Part shown: piece by piece, positions 44,819 through 61,632 of the stretch
How the letters are laid out: each line of letters begins with the position of its first letter
How positions within the stretch are numbered: the first letter of the stretch is position 1
The notes under the pieces: generated by a model
What the model saw: the letters and a program-made list of their open reading frames with translations, nothing else
What the model was told of the DNA's origin: nothing
The model's database searches: none
Source: Eledone cirrhosa
Taxonomy: Eukaryota
Assembly: GCA_964016885.1 (NCBI GenBank)
Contig: OZ024744.1
Coordinates: 73,532,001 to 73,596,000 of the forward strand
DNA: 64,000 nucleotides
Reading direction: 5' to 3'
Made by a program: the position numbers and the translations under genes

Positions 44819-44820
<2 letters not shown>
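44428..44820 (-). mobile_element. Family A fold-back with opposed hammerheads (44557-44621 -, 44714-44778 +)
   Basis: TATTTTGT CTGATGA AGGCATACCA..TGGTATCCCT GAAA TATGTA TA ATGAAATA. The tail is on the left arm. Confidence 0.88.
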
Positions 44821-44853
<33 letters not shown>

Positions 44854-44994
44854 TTGTGTGTGTATATATATATATTAATAATAATAAATATGAAGTCTAA
44901 AATCCGAAGAGGGCTCGATAAAGATAATATATAAATCAAAATATATAAAACCATGGAGCAAATATTTATAAAAATAACAGATTAAAGTTTAAGC

Positions 44995-45046
44995 AAAGTT
45001 TCAGAAGATCCCGTTAAAGGCGAAAGCAGCGATTCTTTGCTTAAAC

Positions 45047-45049
<3 letters not shown>
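44995..45049 (+). ncRNA. Hammerhead-like RNA with CAGAAGA core variant (family C)
   Basis: AAAGTTT CAGAAGA TCCC-GTTAA-AGGC GAAA GCA..TGC TT AAACTTT. Confidence 0.55.
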
Positions 45050-45107
<58 letters not shown>

Positions 45108-45136
45108 TACATCTCTCTCTCTCTCTCTCTCTCTAC

Positions 45137-45275
<139 letters not shown>

Positions 45276-45716
45276 GTATATATATATGTATTTGTGGGCA
45301 GGCGTTATGTGCGTGTGTGTTTATGCAAGGACTGACGGTCGGTTTGGCGTACAGGATTATGAATTCTCTCGAAGTTATGGCGTAGAATTTGGTACTGGTT
45401 GGCATCGGTGTCAGGTTATAAATGCCTGTTAGGCCGCAAGAGCAACATTAACAACAACAAGTCATCCGACTCTGAAGTCCTCAAAATTCAAAAGAACGCC
45501 AGATCCCGGTGGAACCCTCCCAACATCGAAGACCTGGAGGAATTGGAAACATATAAATGATTTAATATCTTAAATTCAAATCTAGTACCCAATACACAAT
45601 GTGGCTACAACACGACCTATCAGAATGAACTGGATGGATCACATATATATATATATATGTATGTATGTATATGTTTATGTGTGTGTATATATATATAAAT
45701 ATATACATATAAACAT

Positions 45717-45787
<71 letters not shown>

Positions 45788-45799
45788 TATACATAACAT

Positions 45800-45922
<123 letters not shown>

Positions 45923-45935
45923 CTATATATCTATA

Positions 45936-46012
<77 letters not shown>

Positions 46013-46451
46013 ATAATAATAAATGTGAAGGCTAAAATCCAAAGAGGGCTCGATAAGGATAAATATATATATATATATAACGGTGAAAGCAGCGATTCTT
46101 TGCTTAAACTTTAATCTTTTATTTTAATATATATATATAGGGCTAGGAACGTTCCTGATATCCATGCACGAATTCTCACATATATATATATATGGATTAA
46201 ATACAAGTTTCTACATAACCTGGAAATTATTTATCCCAAATTGTAGAAATCTTATAACGAAACGGCCGTCTGGAAGGAAAGAGATATTTATTTAATAATG
46301 TCTCATAAAATAATACAACCAGCTATCCACGAAATACTGATTAGTTAGCACCCCAAAGACTAAATTGGGAAAAATACTTAGATATATCCTAATGTTTGTT
46401 GAGTGAGATGGAGTTGCTCAGAGTAACGCTTAAGGCTTTCTCTGTTAATGT

Positions 46452-46482
<31 letters not shown>

Positions 46483-46496
46483 GAATATATATTTAA

Positions 46497-46900
46497 TGTA
46501 AATCTGCGCTTTTCGAATATTAATAATAATCGATTCGTTTGCAAATATGCAAACAGCCTCTTTAAACCATGTAAGAAGAATAACACCCTTGCTTTTGTGT
46601 TGGCATACAAACAGAGCAAGAATGACGAGGTCATTCTACTTACATGGCTTAAAGAGACTATTTCCAGAATTGCAAACGAATCGATATATTATTACGGTGG
46701 ATTGGCAGTATCGGTAGAGGGTGGGACGTCATGCTTTGCAAGCATAGAGTTATGGCCCCTTTACGATCTGAGTTCAAATCCCGCCGATGTTAACTTTTCC
46801 TCTCATTACTGGTACTTTATTTTATCGACCTTAAAGGGGATGATTGCTGGCCTTGTGCCAAAAGTAGGAACAATTATTAATATTCGAAAAGCTCAGATTT
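46497..46900. mobile_element. Fold-back element interrupted by a SINE
   Basis: AAATCTGCGCTTTTCGAATATTAATAATAATCGATTCGTTTGCAA and its inverted partner, which is split by the SINE at 46694-46878. Confidence 0.7.
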
Positions 46901-47128
46901 AACTTTTCTTGTACTCAGCCATGTAAAGCGATAAAACAGTTTGTTAGTTATTAATATATATTTATGTATGGTGATACCCGTAGATAAAAAGCCAAGGAAA
47001 CTATGCTGGATCTATTGCAAGAGAGCTTATTTAGTTTAATTAAAATGTCATTAACTTGATATGTATGCGCGACCATAGGTGTCTGACCACGAAACCTATG
47101 TGTGTGAGTGTGTGTGGGTGGGTTTCTA

Positions 47129-47187
<59 letters not shown>

Positions 47188-47287
47188 CTATATATATATA
47201 TAAATTTAACTTGTCAAGAATATATACATACTTTATATATTTATATATAAATATAAATGAGTGTGTGTGTATGTATATATATATATG

Positions 47288-47335
<48 letters not shown>

Positions 47336-47462
47336 CATATATATATATACATAATTTATATGTATATATGTATGTATGTATATATTTATTTATGTATACA
47401 TACATATATACACACACACGCACACACGCACACACGCATACACACGCACACACACGCACACA

Positions 47463-47563
<101 letters not shown>

Positions 47564-47584
47564 AGGTATATCTTCTCGATAAGA

Positions 47585-48165
47585 TAAATTTATTGTTGGC
47601 CAGTATTGACCCAGGCCATGTCTAACTTAACAGCGCCACCTGGCGAAGTCTTTCAGAACCTTATTTTCCCAACTTAGTTATGTTGTGGACACCCTTACTT
47701 ATTTTGGACACCATTACTTAGTATAATGTTATTGTTTTCGGAATCATATCCGGGTGTAGGGGGTTTATTCGGAAATCTTTGGAGTAATTTGTCCAGGGAC
47801 ATTTTGAATTGTTTAGAATCTGTTTTAATGTATTCTGGTATGATATTAAAGAGAGCGGGATCATTTGAGGTGAGATTGTAATATCATAATGTTGATATGG
47901 GAGGCGAGTTTGATTTTTGTAGTGGTAAGATAGTACGTTGACGAACCCTTGGGTCAATTTTAACGTAATTTGGGCAATGTTGTAGCGCTCACAGCGGCGC
48001 AGGAGAGAACATAGATTGAGCTTTTCTAGTCGACGTCAATAGTTAAGGTCTGTCATGCCATCTATTTTTTGGAATTAACTTCTGGGGTGCTTCAATTGTC
48101 CTAATAGTTTGTTTCGTGTGAGTAGATCACAGTTAATAAGAGTTTTCAAGATGGGGCCGGGAAAA
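47585..48165 (-). mobile_element. CR1-type LINE 3' fragment
   Basis: DGMTDLNY*RRLEKLNLCSLLRRCERY and PALFNIIPEYIK..FKMSLDKLLQRFPNKP. Confidence 0.75.
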
Positions 48166-48895
48166 TAATATATATATATATATGTATAAAAGAGAAAATT
48201 GAGAGTGTATAACACTCAACTTATCAGATAGGCAGTATATGGTTAGCTCAATGTCTGAAGACAGAGTATATTATGTATATATATATGTATAAATGTTTGG
48301 TGTGTGTGTGTGTGTCTGTGTGTATGTGTTTGTGTGTCTGAGTGTGTGTATGTATGCGGGCTAGCACGTTTCAGTGCATGCATTTATGTGTATTAGTGTG
48401 TGTGTGCTTATGTTTGCGAGTGTGTGTAGGTATACCAATCAAACCTCTTTTTTTAAATATTTTGTCGGGTAAAGAAACGCGCTCGCAAGTGAAATTGCTT
48501 TGCAGAAAAGCTCCAATAAGACCGGGACATGTTAGTTGGTTACACAAGGTTTTAATTAGAGAATTGATTCATACTTAAGTGAGGTTTTCTCCCCTTTTCC
48601 TTTCAGAATTACTAGCATTTCTCTCACACTTTAGAAATTAAATCATATTTTAAGTACAAAATCCAAAAAATATTTAATTTGAATGACTTAAAGAACGTAT
48701 CATATTTTATCAACAAGTCTATATTATATGTACACCTCTAGTAATATTTGACACATACACACACATATATATAAACACACATACATTTAAAATTATAGAT
48801 GTCATGTTTGAGAAACTCTCGAACATGCAACTTATATATATTTAAATATATATACATATGTGTGTGTATAAATATATGTATATGTGTGTATATGC

Positions 48896-48933
<38 letters not shown>

Positions 48934-49600
48934 CTATGTATGTGTGTGTGTGGGATTATTGTTTTATAATTGAGAAAAAGCAGGGGGGACAAAAGATGGT
49001 TTGTCCCTCGTTCCTGAAAAAGTGGGGGTCGGGACTTGTCCGCTGGTACCCCTCAGAAACAAGTCCTTTGTATATATGTGTGTGTGAGAGTGTGTGTGTG
49101 TGTGTGACTGAGTCTCTTGGTGTGTGAGAGTGAGTGTGTGTGTTTGAGTGTAAGTGCGGGTTTGAGTGTATGTGTGTATGTGTGTGTTTATGTGTGTGTG
49201 CATGTGGGCGTGTGTGTTTGTGTGTTTGTGCGCCCCCCCCCCCCCCCCCGCCCCCACACGGGAGAACAATACAGTACAATGATGATATATATTAGTTTAA
49301 CGTATGTTATGATGGCCAAAGATCCTTAAACTTTCGGACGTTAGGGGTTCATTTCAAGATAGAATGAAGCAAAGAAAGATAAAAGAGAAGAAGAGATTAA
49401 AGCGGATCATTTTTCAGAAGAAAAACGCGGACGTAGTTTGTCATATGAAAATATGAATATAAGCAAAGATATGTACATGTGTATCTGAATATATGAATGT
49501 ATGTACGTATACACTTACACGAACACACACACATATATATATGCATATACATTTATATATATATATAAATAAGTATGTATGTATATGTAAAGAAGTAGAT

Positions 49601-49763
<163 letters not shown>

Positions 49764-49847
49764 ATTTATAAATATAAATATTCTAGATATTCATATTTAT
49801 ATATATATTATATATATATTTATATATATTTATATGAATATATTATA

Positions 49848-49935
<88 letters not shown>

Positions 49936-50135
49936 AATATATATCTACTATATATTCATATATATATATATTATATATATTTATATATAAATATATATTA
50001 TATTATATTATATTATATATAAATCCCGCTGAGGTTAACTTTGCCTTTCATCCATACGGGGTTGATAAAATAAAGTACCAGTAATGCACTGGGTAATTTG
50101 CTGGGCTTGTGTGGGCTTGTGCAAATAGTAGAAAC

Positions 50136-50178
<43 letters not shown>

Positions 50179-50247
50179 TATATACATATACATATATATA
50201 CATATATATATATAATATATGAATATATATAATATATATATATAAAG

Positions 50248-50465
<218 letters not shown>

Positions 50466-50672
50466 AACGAGTGAGACCCCGACGGCTGGCCTCAAGCCGT
50501 TCCGACGGCTAATTCTGGACTAAAAATATTTTTTTAGTCCAGAATTAGCTGTCGAAACGGCTTGAGCACAGCCGTCGGGGTCTCACTCGTTCCTATTACC
50601 CACTCTACTACCATAAGTATTGAGTACTTTGGTGCGTTATGGTCCACCTGGTTCCTTACCACATTTCCTTCG

Positions 50673-50730
<58 letters not shown>

Positions 50731-50871
50731 TGTATAGCCATGGTATAAATTGTATAGCTATAACCCGAAAAGAAGAAAAGATCAACATCATCGGTAACTA
50801 ATGAGCCGTATATAAAGGCATGCATACATACCTACATACATACATATATATATACATGTATATATATATAA

Positions 50872-50967
<96 letters not shown>

Positions 50968-51339
50968 GCATACATAGAGACGTAAATATATACATAACAT
51001 GTAATAACGGACAAAAGTATATGAGAAGTTGCAGTAATGCAAATGGCATACTTACTCACAATAGAACGAAATACAGAAGGAATATTCCTTTCAAAATCTC
51101 AGTTAACTGATAATACGTACATAGGTTATATATGAAATTATAATTACGCCGTATACGGTTGATATGATATAACATACATGTAAATACACTTAGAGAGATA
51201 CACACACACACACACACACACACAAGCATTCGATTAAACACGTAAATATCGTATATACTCATGCATGTAAGTATATACTCATGCATGAGTATATACAATA
51301 CACATATATATGTAATATATATATATGTGTATTTATGTA

Positions 51340-51382
<43 letters not shown>

Positions 51383-51578
51383 ACATAAATACACACACAC
51401 ACACGCATACACACATATATATATATAGATAGATAGAAAGAGACAGATATATAGATATATAATATATATATATGCTATATATATATATATATATATATAT
51501 ATGAATACACATACAGTGAGTGTGTTCTGTTATTATTTCTGGCAATATTATTACAACGATATAACCCTCACAAAGTAT

Positions 51579-51692
<114 letters not shown>

Positions 51693-51851
51693 TTATATAT
51701 ATATATATATATATATAAATATATAAATATATAAATATATATACGTATATATACATATATATATATATATATATTGTTATACTTTGTGAGGGTTATATTG
51801 TTGTAATAATATTGCCAGAAATAATAACAGAACACACTCACTGTATGTGTA

Positions 51852-51921
<70 letters not shown>

Positions 51922-52280
51922 GCATATATATATATATATTATATATATATATATCTGTCTCTTTCTATCTATATATATATATGTGTGTGTATATATATAT
52001 CTCTCTCTCTATATATATATATAGAAAGATATAGAAAGATAGATAGATAAATAGATATAATTTATATATATGTGTGTGTGTGTATTTATATATATATATA
52101 GAGAGAGATAAATAGATAGATAAATATATATATTATATATATATATGTATGTGTGTGTGTGTGTGTATACACACATAAATATAATTTAAATATACATACA
52201 TAATATATATATATTTATATACATATATATGTATATATATATATACACACATAGATATACATACACTCACACACACGCAC

Positions 52281-52312
<32 letters not shown>

Positions 52313-52333
52313 GCATATATATATATATTTATA

Positions 52334-52368
<35 letters not shown>

Positions 52369-52379
52369 GCATATATATA

Positions 52380-52530
<151 letters not shown>

Positions 52531-52781
52531 GCGTGTTTGTGTGATTGTGTGTATATTATTTGCTATGCAATTAATTTGCTATGCAAAGTAGAAACAAAGT
52601 ACCAGTAATACACTGGGTAATTGCTGGCCTTGTACCAAAAGTAGAAACAATTATTTGCTATGCAATTACACAAAACGATATACTTATTAAATATGTGGAT
52701 ATATATATATACACACACAATTATAAATATATACGCACATATAAATAACACATACACACACACTCACACACACACACACAT

Positions 52782-52821
<40 letters not shown>

Positions 52822-53162
52822 CATATTTGTGTGTTTTAAAGCGCGTAAACATATTTTGTACTTCATATGTACTCATATTTTGTATTTAAACATACTTATA
52901 TTTATATACAGATATATTCACATACATATTTACACACATATATACATATATATATATATATAGAAATATATATGCAAATATATATTCAAAGAATCCGGAC
53001 ATCGTCGGCTGAGCTCCCGCCGTTTCGACAGCTAGATTTAGCTATCGAAACGACCGGAGCTCAGCCGTCGGTGTCCTGATTTTTTTCATATTACCCACTC
53101 TACTACCCTAAGTATCGAGTACTCTGGTGGGTTATAGTTCACCTGGTATCTTACCTCACCCT

Positions 53163-53237
<75 letters not shown>

Positions 53238-53914
53238 CTCTTTGTAATATAATAAACTAAAATATACTTACAACCTTAAAATATACTTATAAATAATATC
53301 TATATAATATTATAACTCATGATTTGAATAGATCCAATAATTTGTTGTACATCTCAATTTTTTTTTAAATTTTAAATTGGTATTCTACTACTTCAACACA
53401 TTCTTATCTCTCATATTATTTTATAGATACTACGAAAATATATGATTATATAATTAAATAATAAATAATTGTTTCTACTTTAGGCACAAAGCCAGCAAAT
53501 AACCAGTGCATTACTGGTACTTTATTTTATCGACCCCATAAGGATGAAAGGCAAAGTCAACCTCGGCGTAATAAATAATTAAATGTAATTATATCACTCT
53601 CTTTACACCATCACTGATATGATCCATACAATTTTATCTTAATAATAATAGTGTATTTGTAACTTTAATTTTTTCTTATAATCACTCATTAAATTTTCTT
53701 ACACCATAATATTAATATTAGCCTCTTTTTTTTCTTTTTTCTTTTTTCTTTTTATAAATTATCCTTCTAAATTATCCTAATAATTATTTAAATTTACCTA
53801 GCGTCTAAAAATAAGGATCTTTTTTCCACCTTACGTTTCAACCTCATTTACATATTCAACCTCAAGATTTGAAATTTTTCTTTCAATACAATATCCAAAC
53901 GGAACCTGAGCCTA

Positions 53915-54093
53915 TGGGTATATCAACATTTATAAAACAAATTTTGTATTTTAGTTGATGAGGGCGTATAAAAATGTTGGTACCGTTGAAATATATATGA
54001 TAAAATAACTATGGTTTTATAAATATAGTTTCCATTTATTAATACCATTGATATTATACTACAGAAAACTTGTAGAGTTTAAATATCTCTTTG

Positions 54094-54096
<3 letters not shown>
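53915..54096 (+). mobile_element. Family A copy with a probably inactive hammerhead
   Basis: TTGATGA core and G at the cleavage position (GAAA TATATA TG). Confidence 0.75.
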
Positions 54097-54154
<58 letters not shown>

Positions 54155-54346
54155 CATGATTAGTTTCTGGTATATTTTTGGTATGGTGTGGCTAGGTCTG
54201 CCTTCTGACCTTATTGAATGCTTTGCTGGTCATTCATAATTGTAGGTCGTTTGCATGGCCACAGCCAAAGCTTCGATTTTACTAAGCTTCCACTTGTATA
54301 TTCACATATATATATATATGTATGTTTATATATATGTATGTTTATA

Positions 54347-54429
<83 letters not shown>

Positions 54430-54541
54430 TATAGCTCTGGTTCATCTGAACCATTGAGCACTTGCCACACATCTCGGAGGTTGTTTTTCGTTATTTCGTG
54501 GGCCGAAATGCGAATCTCGATAATTTATGTTTATATATATA

Positions 54542-54582
<41 letters not shown>

Positions 54583-54584
54583 CC

Positions 54585-54615
<31 letters not shown>

Positions 54616-54629
54616 TATATATATACATA

Positions 54630-54716
<87 letters not shown>

Positions 54717-54734
54717 ATATATATATACACATAC

Positions 54735-54781
<47 letters not shown>

Positions 54782-54909
54782 TTTATATACGTATAGATAT
54801 GCATATATTTATATATATATGTATATATATATATATATATATGATATATGTATGTATATATATATACGTATATATATATATATGCACATATTTATATATA
54901 TATGTATAC

Positions 54910-54948
<39 letters not shown>

Positions 54949-54964
54949 CATATATATACATACA

Positions 54965-54996
<32 letters not shown>

Positions 54997-55025
54997 AATA
55001 TATACATATATATATAAATATATAC

Positions 55026-55123
<98 letters not shown>

Positions 55124-55419
55124 ATGTGTGTGTGTGTGTGTGTGTATATAACAGACTCGACACTATGTTCGCTATTTCGGGAAAAATCAAAAATTAACTG
55201 TCAATTTTTTTCTCCAACGTCACCGTAAAATATTTTAGTACAAAAATTATAAGGCAGAATTTTGTTAATGTAGCCCCTAATTTGAAATAAATACACCTTA
55301 AGTACAGATCGACCACCTACAGACTTCATTTACTGCAGTCCTTATTCTATCGTAGAAACTCAAAGTAAAATAAAGACTTATCTTTATTTTGTACTATAAT
55401 AATAACGATGGAGTCATGT

Positions 55420-55478
<59 letters not shown>

Positions 55479-55883
55479 TATATAAATATTAAGTATATAT
55501 ACACACATATATATATATATATATAGAATGATCACCGAAGATTTATTTATATTAATGTAGGAACATGTTGGACTAACAACACACACGCATTAACTTGCAC
55601 ACCCACATGTACACACACACATGTATACTCTTTAGATGATACACTTACTCAGCCAGTTGTTACATTTACGATAGCGCTCAATCAGATATCGGGAGGGAAA
55701 ATACACAGTTATGAATATGTATATGTTCTCACTCACACACACACACACTTTAACACAACACAGACACGCTCATACACACACATACAAATACACACATATA
55801 TATAGTATAATATATATATATGTATATGTATATATATATGTAAATAATATATTTATATATTTGTATATATATATACACACACG

Positions 55884-55982
<99 letters not shown>

Positions 55983-56013
55983 TATATATGTATATATTAT
56001 ATATATATATGTA

Positions 56014-56104
<91 letters not shown>

Positions 56105-56110
<6 letters not shown>

Positions 56111-56454
56111 ATATTAAATAAATGGAAACTATATTTATAAAACCATATTTATTCTATTATATATATTTTGGTACGCTTTCATCAGATAAAATACGAAGAT
56201 TGTTTTATAAATTTTGACATAACCAAGGAAAGATACCTTAACGGTTCAAGTTTTCTTTGTATGTTATCTGATGAATGCGTACCAAAGTTTTGGAACCCTT
56301 GAAATATATATAATAGAATAAATATGGTTTTATAAATATAGTCTCCATTCATTTAATATCATTGAATATTTTACTCCCAAAACTGTCGAGTGCTCTGAAA
56401 CAGTTATAAACATTTATATTTGTTGAATTACCAACAAATTGAATATCCCTTTGG

Positions 56455-56457
<3 letters not shown>
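56105..56457 (+). mobile_element. Family A fold-back: intact hammerhead at 56260-56320, left arm internally deleted
   Basis: CTGATGA ATGCGTACCAAAG..CCTT GAAA TATATA TA ATAGAATA, ~90-nt tail, (TA)n flanks. Confidence 0.85.
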
Positions 56458-56512
<55 letters not shown>

Positions 56513-56703
56513 GAGTGCCCCCCTCCCCCCAAATAAAATGTATATATATATACACACTTCAACAGCATTTAAATAAATATTTCCTATGCAGGTTATCAAA
56601 GTCTGTCTCCAGTTTTGTGGAAACACCCTATGTATATACACTACACAACATACACACACATACAATCATATATATATGTGTGTGTGTGTGGGTCTGTATC
56701 TGA

Positions 56704-56751
<48 letters not shown>

Positions 56752-57124
56752 ATGACTATGTGTATAGCTATATGCATAGACACATTTGTAGATATATAAA
56801 TATATACATGAATATATATATCCACAGGCACATGTATATATATCTAATAAAACCCTGCAACAAATCACAAAAAAAATAAAGAAACCCAGGGCTCGAATCT
56901 CGTAAAGTATTTATCGTTTATATCCCTCATAATTTCGCGGGTTTGAATATTTTTACATGTTTAAATTTATTATTAACAGACTAAACCTACACCTTATGTT
57001 GATGGACAAAACTTTGATATGTATAATATATGTATATATATAATATATATATATAAATTGTAATGGCATGGTCCTCACATCGTACGATATTATTTCATGC
57101 ATAAATAAATTGATACGTACATAA

Positions 57125-57725
57125 ATGATGTCTGCCCACTCGTTATCGAGTATGGCCATTGCACGATATACCATTATTAATAATTATTAATTAATTCTAT
57201 CGTGCAATGCCTGTGCGTGAAGATATTTTTTAAAGTGAGGAAAGACTGTGCACTGAGCCAATCCCACTCTCTGAGCGACAGTAGCTATAACCCGAAAAGA
57301 AGAAAAGATCAACATCATCGGTAACTACTGAGCCGCAGGTTTTATATCGGAGTTATCCCAGTTTCCTGAGTTGCCTTCTCCTAGCAGAATGCCCTGACAA
57401 AGGCTAGGGGTCCTTCACTCCCAGTGGTTTAACCACGCGATCGGGTGTCCAGCCCGACTATATCCCCGCGCATATACATACACATGCATCCACGTATATA
57501 CACATATACATACATATGTACATTTGTGTATACATATTTACACACCTTTGGATGACCCTTGACTCTTATGAGTTCTTCCGCCCTTTGTCAGGCTTTGTTT
57601 TTTGTCCTGCAGTGTGTCCAAAATGACCCTCCTCACCAAGTAAACTTGATGGGGTTGCCGGTTTAGTCGCCGACGACCCGACCATGCCTCAGGTTCTACT
57701 GGGTTACATGTTACCAGTAGCACTC
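57125..57725 (-). mobile_element. Family F non-autonomous RTE derivative, split by a microsatellite
   Basis: Reverse match to 30940-31292 and to 32185-32320. Confidence 0.72.
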
Positions 57726-58370
57726 AAGAGTGACCCAACATAATTATATATATGTATATATATATATATATATGTATATACACACACCTAATATATATAT
57801 ACATACATGCATATATATAGATATATACATACATTCATATATATAGATATATAATATATATGAATATATATATGCGCACGCGTGTGTGTCTGTCTGTCTG
57901 TCTGTCTGTGTGTGTCTGTATGTGCGTGTGTGCATATGTGTGTGTGTGTATATATATATATACGTAACACATGTATATATATATATATATATATATGTGT
58001 GTATATAATTCAAGATAAATAAGTCGAACCTAGATACAATATCACACACATATATAAATGTATGTGTGTGTGTGTGTGCTTGTGTGTGTTTATATGTGCG
58101 TGTGTGTGTGTGTGTTTGTGTATGTGTATTTATAACTATAAGCATGTAGTTTAGAAATATTAGTTCCAATGCACTTTACGAAGTTGAGTTAGTGCTTTGG
58201 CAAGAAAGTCTTGCCTCCTTATACGCTGAGGTAGCTTCGCGTATGTGCTAAACATAGGATAAAATATATACGCTGCTTTATAGACTGAGTTCTCTTTCGT
58301 CGCCCGTTTGAATAATCAAGCGTATATTAATAGCTCTGTGTGTGTGTGTGTGCATGCGTGTGTGCATGCA

Positions 58371-58408
<38 letters not shown>

Positions 58409-58718
58409 TGTGTGATGGGCTTCTTTCTGCATCTATGCGTGTACGTACGTGCACTCACACGTACACACACACACACACACACACTCATACACATACACAC
58501 ACGCATGCACACACACACACAGAGCAATTAATATACATCTAGATCTAATTAATTGTTTCTACTTTTGGCACAAGGCCAACAATTATACCAGTACATTACT
58601 GGTACTTTATTTTGTCGGCCCTGCAAGGATGACAGGCAAAAGGTATATACATACACACACACACACACATGTATATATATATATATATTTATATATACGC
58701 ATATATCCATACAAAACG

Positions 58719-58798
<80 letters not shown>

Positions 58799-58814
58799 TG
58801 TGTGTGTGTGTGTG

Positions 58815-58855
<41 letters not shown>

Positions 58856-58899
58856 AAGACTACCTACTTTTACATATATATATAAAGACTACCTACCTT

Positions 58900-58950
<51 letters not shown>

Positions 58951-58991
58951 AATATATATATATAATATATAATATATATATATAATATATA

Positions 58992-59023
<32 letters not shown>

Positions 59024-59108
59024 TACGTGAAATTTCTTCGCGTAAAAATGATTTGATTTAGGGGCGGGAAAATGTAGGAGAAAGGAAAACACGTAGAAAG
59101 AGTTCGGT

Positions 59109-59169
<61 letters not shown>

Positions 59170-59176
59170 TAGATAG

Positions 59177-61632
59177 ATAAATTTCTTTATTAGCCACGAG
59201 GGTACAAAGAAGGGGACAATTACAAATGGGGTGTTTCAATACAAGTATATGAAAATAAAACTATACACACCCCGAACTGTACACACCCCGAAAAAAAAGT
59301 ACAACCCTCATCTCCAGGAGCACCAAGAGTAAGTACTCTTTTCTTCTCTTCATCGTTTTCCTCAACCTACAGGATTATATAGAGAGAAGGCCCAACCACT
59401 CGGGCCATCTTTGCCACATTCACCCACCTTTCATAAAATGTGTTGGGGTACAGCACCTCTCTCTCCATCCGGATTCTTCTTCCAAAATGAAAGGTGTCTG
59501 ACCTCAGCCCTTTTAACTTCGTCCACCATATAATCTTTTTCACCAGAGCCATAACACATAGAAGAACCGCCTCTCCTTCGTTTTTGAAGGAGGATGGCGG
59601 TTTGATCATGACAATGGATTCGGTGGTCAAGTGGATTGGTCCCACTCGCGACAATAGTCGTTCTACATAGCCCCACAGGGCGGTAACTCGCGGACAGTGT
59701 ACAAATGCGTGCGCGACGGTTTCTTCGTTGCACCGCTTCTCGGACAGAACTTTTTCGAAGGGTCCTTGTCCGGGCGCCTGTGTCTGTAGAGCTTGTCTCG
59801 AACTGGTAGAGCTCCTCGGTAGCATTGCCAGGACAGGGACTTTTGGAAGTTGTCATTTGGTCCCGGGCGGAATGTCCAACCGAAAGGACTGGCCAGTTCG
59901 TCCTACTCTACGTATAGAATGATGAAGTGGAGTCTCCACTGTTCACCGGGTCCGTTTGCCAGAGGATTGTGAGCGCCTGAGCACACAGTCGCCCATTTTC
60001 CTCGGTCTTCGCTTGACCCAGGACTGCAGCTTGGCAGCGAGACGAGTCGTGGGAAGGCTGGCCTCAGGAACGGGGCCCACACCGGTTGTCCGGTGAGGAA
60101 TACGTGGAGGTGCCGCAGCCTGAGCGCGTGTTTGCTCATCGTCAGCCACGGCATCCCCAGCCCTCCGTTTGAAGGCTGTTGGCAGCAGATGGATCTTCTC
60201 ACCAAAGGAGCCCGTTTCTTTCAAAGGAATTGGAAGAGCGCGCGCTCCATTTTGGTGAGCAATTTGGCTGGACAAGGCACGACGGTCAAGCGGTAGTAGA
60301 TGACGGACGCTATAAAAGTGTTCGACCTTTCAAGGATAGTTTGCACTCGGCCCACTTCTGGGTGAGCGCAAACACGTAAGCCTGTCACCTCGTTCCAGTT
60401 CTTCTCCACCTGGAGCTCCAGACCAAACCAGACCTCGAGCAGCTTTACCGGCCCTTCCGTCCAGCGTCCGACTACGCCGTCGGAAGGCATCGGTTTGCTT
60501 CTCCACGTTCCGAGTTGCAAACCGACGGATTGTCCCGGTTCAGCTTCGCTCCTGTGAACCTTTCGTATTCCTCCAGTAAGGTGCCGACCTCCCCGATTTG
60601 CGAGGTGCTCAATACCATTACTGGCACGTCGTCGGCGTAGGCCGACGCCGCTTTTCGCAGTCCCGGTTCCAAAAGGATGCCCTGCAATAATCTAACTTCC
60701 GCAGAAGTGGCTCGAGAGTCAGTACGTACAGAAAGGAGAAGAGAGGGCATCCCTCTCGGACTGATCGCGTGATATGATGTATCGCATGAGGTGGAGGTTG
60801 TCGTATATGGACCTGGTCGGAAATGCACATGTCTTCGTTTCTCCCAACAGGTTTTCAACGACAAGCGCCAGCCACTTTGACAACACCTTGGCCAAAATCT
60901 GTAACTCTGTGTTTAGCACACTAACGTGACTGCGCCCTTGGTCACAGAGCTGGGAATTGTTCCGTTCTGCTGCCAGTTGCAATAGACCGCTTCCAGGAGA
61001 CCGGAGAACAAGTCCGGCATTGCTACGTAAAATTCGTAGGGTAGACCGTCGAGACCTGGAGATTTACGTTTGCTGCATTGGCTCAGTGCGTCCCCTATCT
61101 CAGCGTCCGAAATCGGCCTTTCGCAGAACTTTGCCTCGCTGTCCGAGAGTCGCAGAAGGCCGTCGAGTTATGGACCCAAATCCATAGCCCCTCCCGGCGC
61201 GGCGCCCTGCCCGAACAGTTGAGCAAAGTGCCGCTGAAAGGCCACGCACATCTGCTTCGGCTCACGTATCACGCGTCCGTCTTGGTCCTACAAAGACCGT
61301 ATCGTGGACTTGTTGCCACTTTTCGCCTCAATCACTCGGGCTCAGCTAACAGCTTTGGCTCCCTCGTTTCTCAGAGCACGTATTTTGCTCTTCATAACGG
61401 AGCCTTCGTGCTTTGTGTCGAAGAACTGGTCCAATGCCGTTCTCGTCGCTAGCACTCTGGCTACGTTGCAACTCCTAAGTGCCTCTTCTACTTTATCTAC
61501 CAGTTCCTTTTCAGTCTTAATTCTATTTAACACAAATTCTTTACTAAAACCTATCGAGTCTAATCTAACTGCCCTCTTGAGAGAGTACCAACATCTGTTG
61601 TTGACAATGGCCCCCGTCATGTGCTGCTTAAC
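59177..61632 (-). mobile_element. 5'-truncated Tx1-like LINE (ORF2 remnant)
   Basis: LNTELQILAKVL, SAYADDV, GGLGMPWL, CNEETVAHAFVHCP; 3' end AATAAAGAAATTTATCTATCT. Confidence 0.92.
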
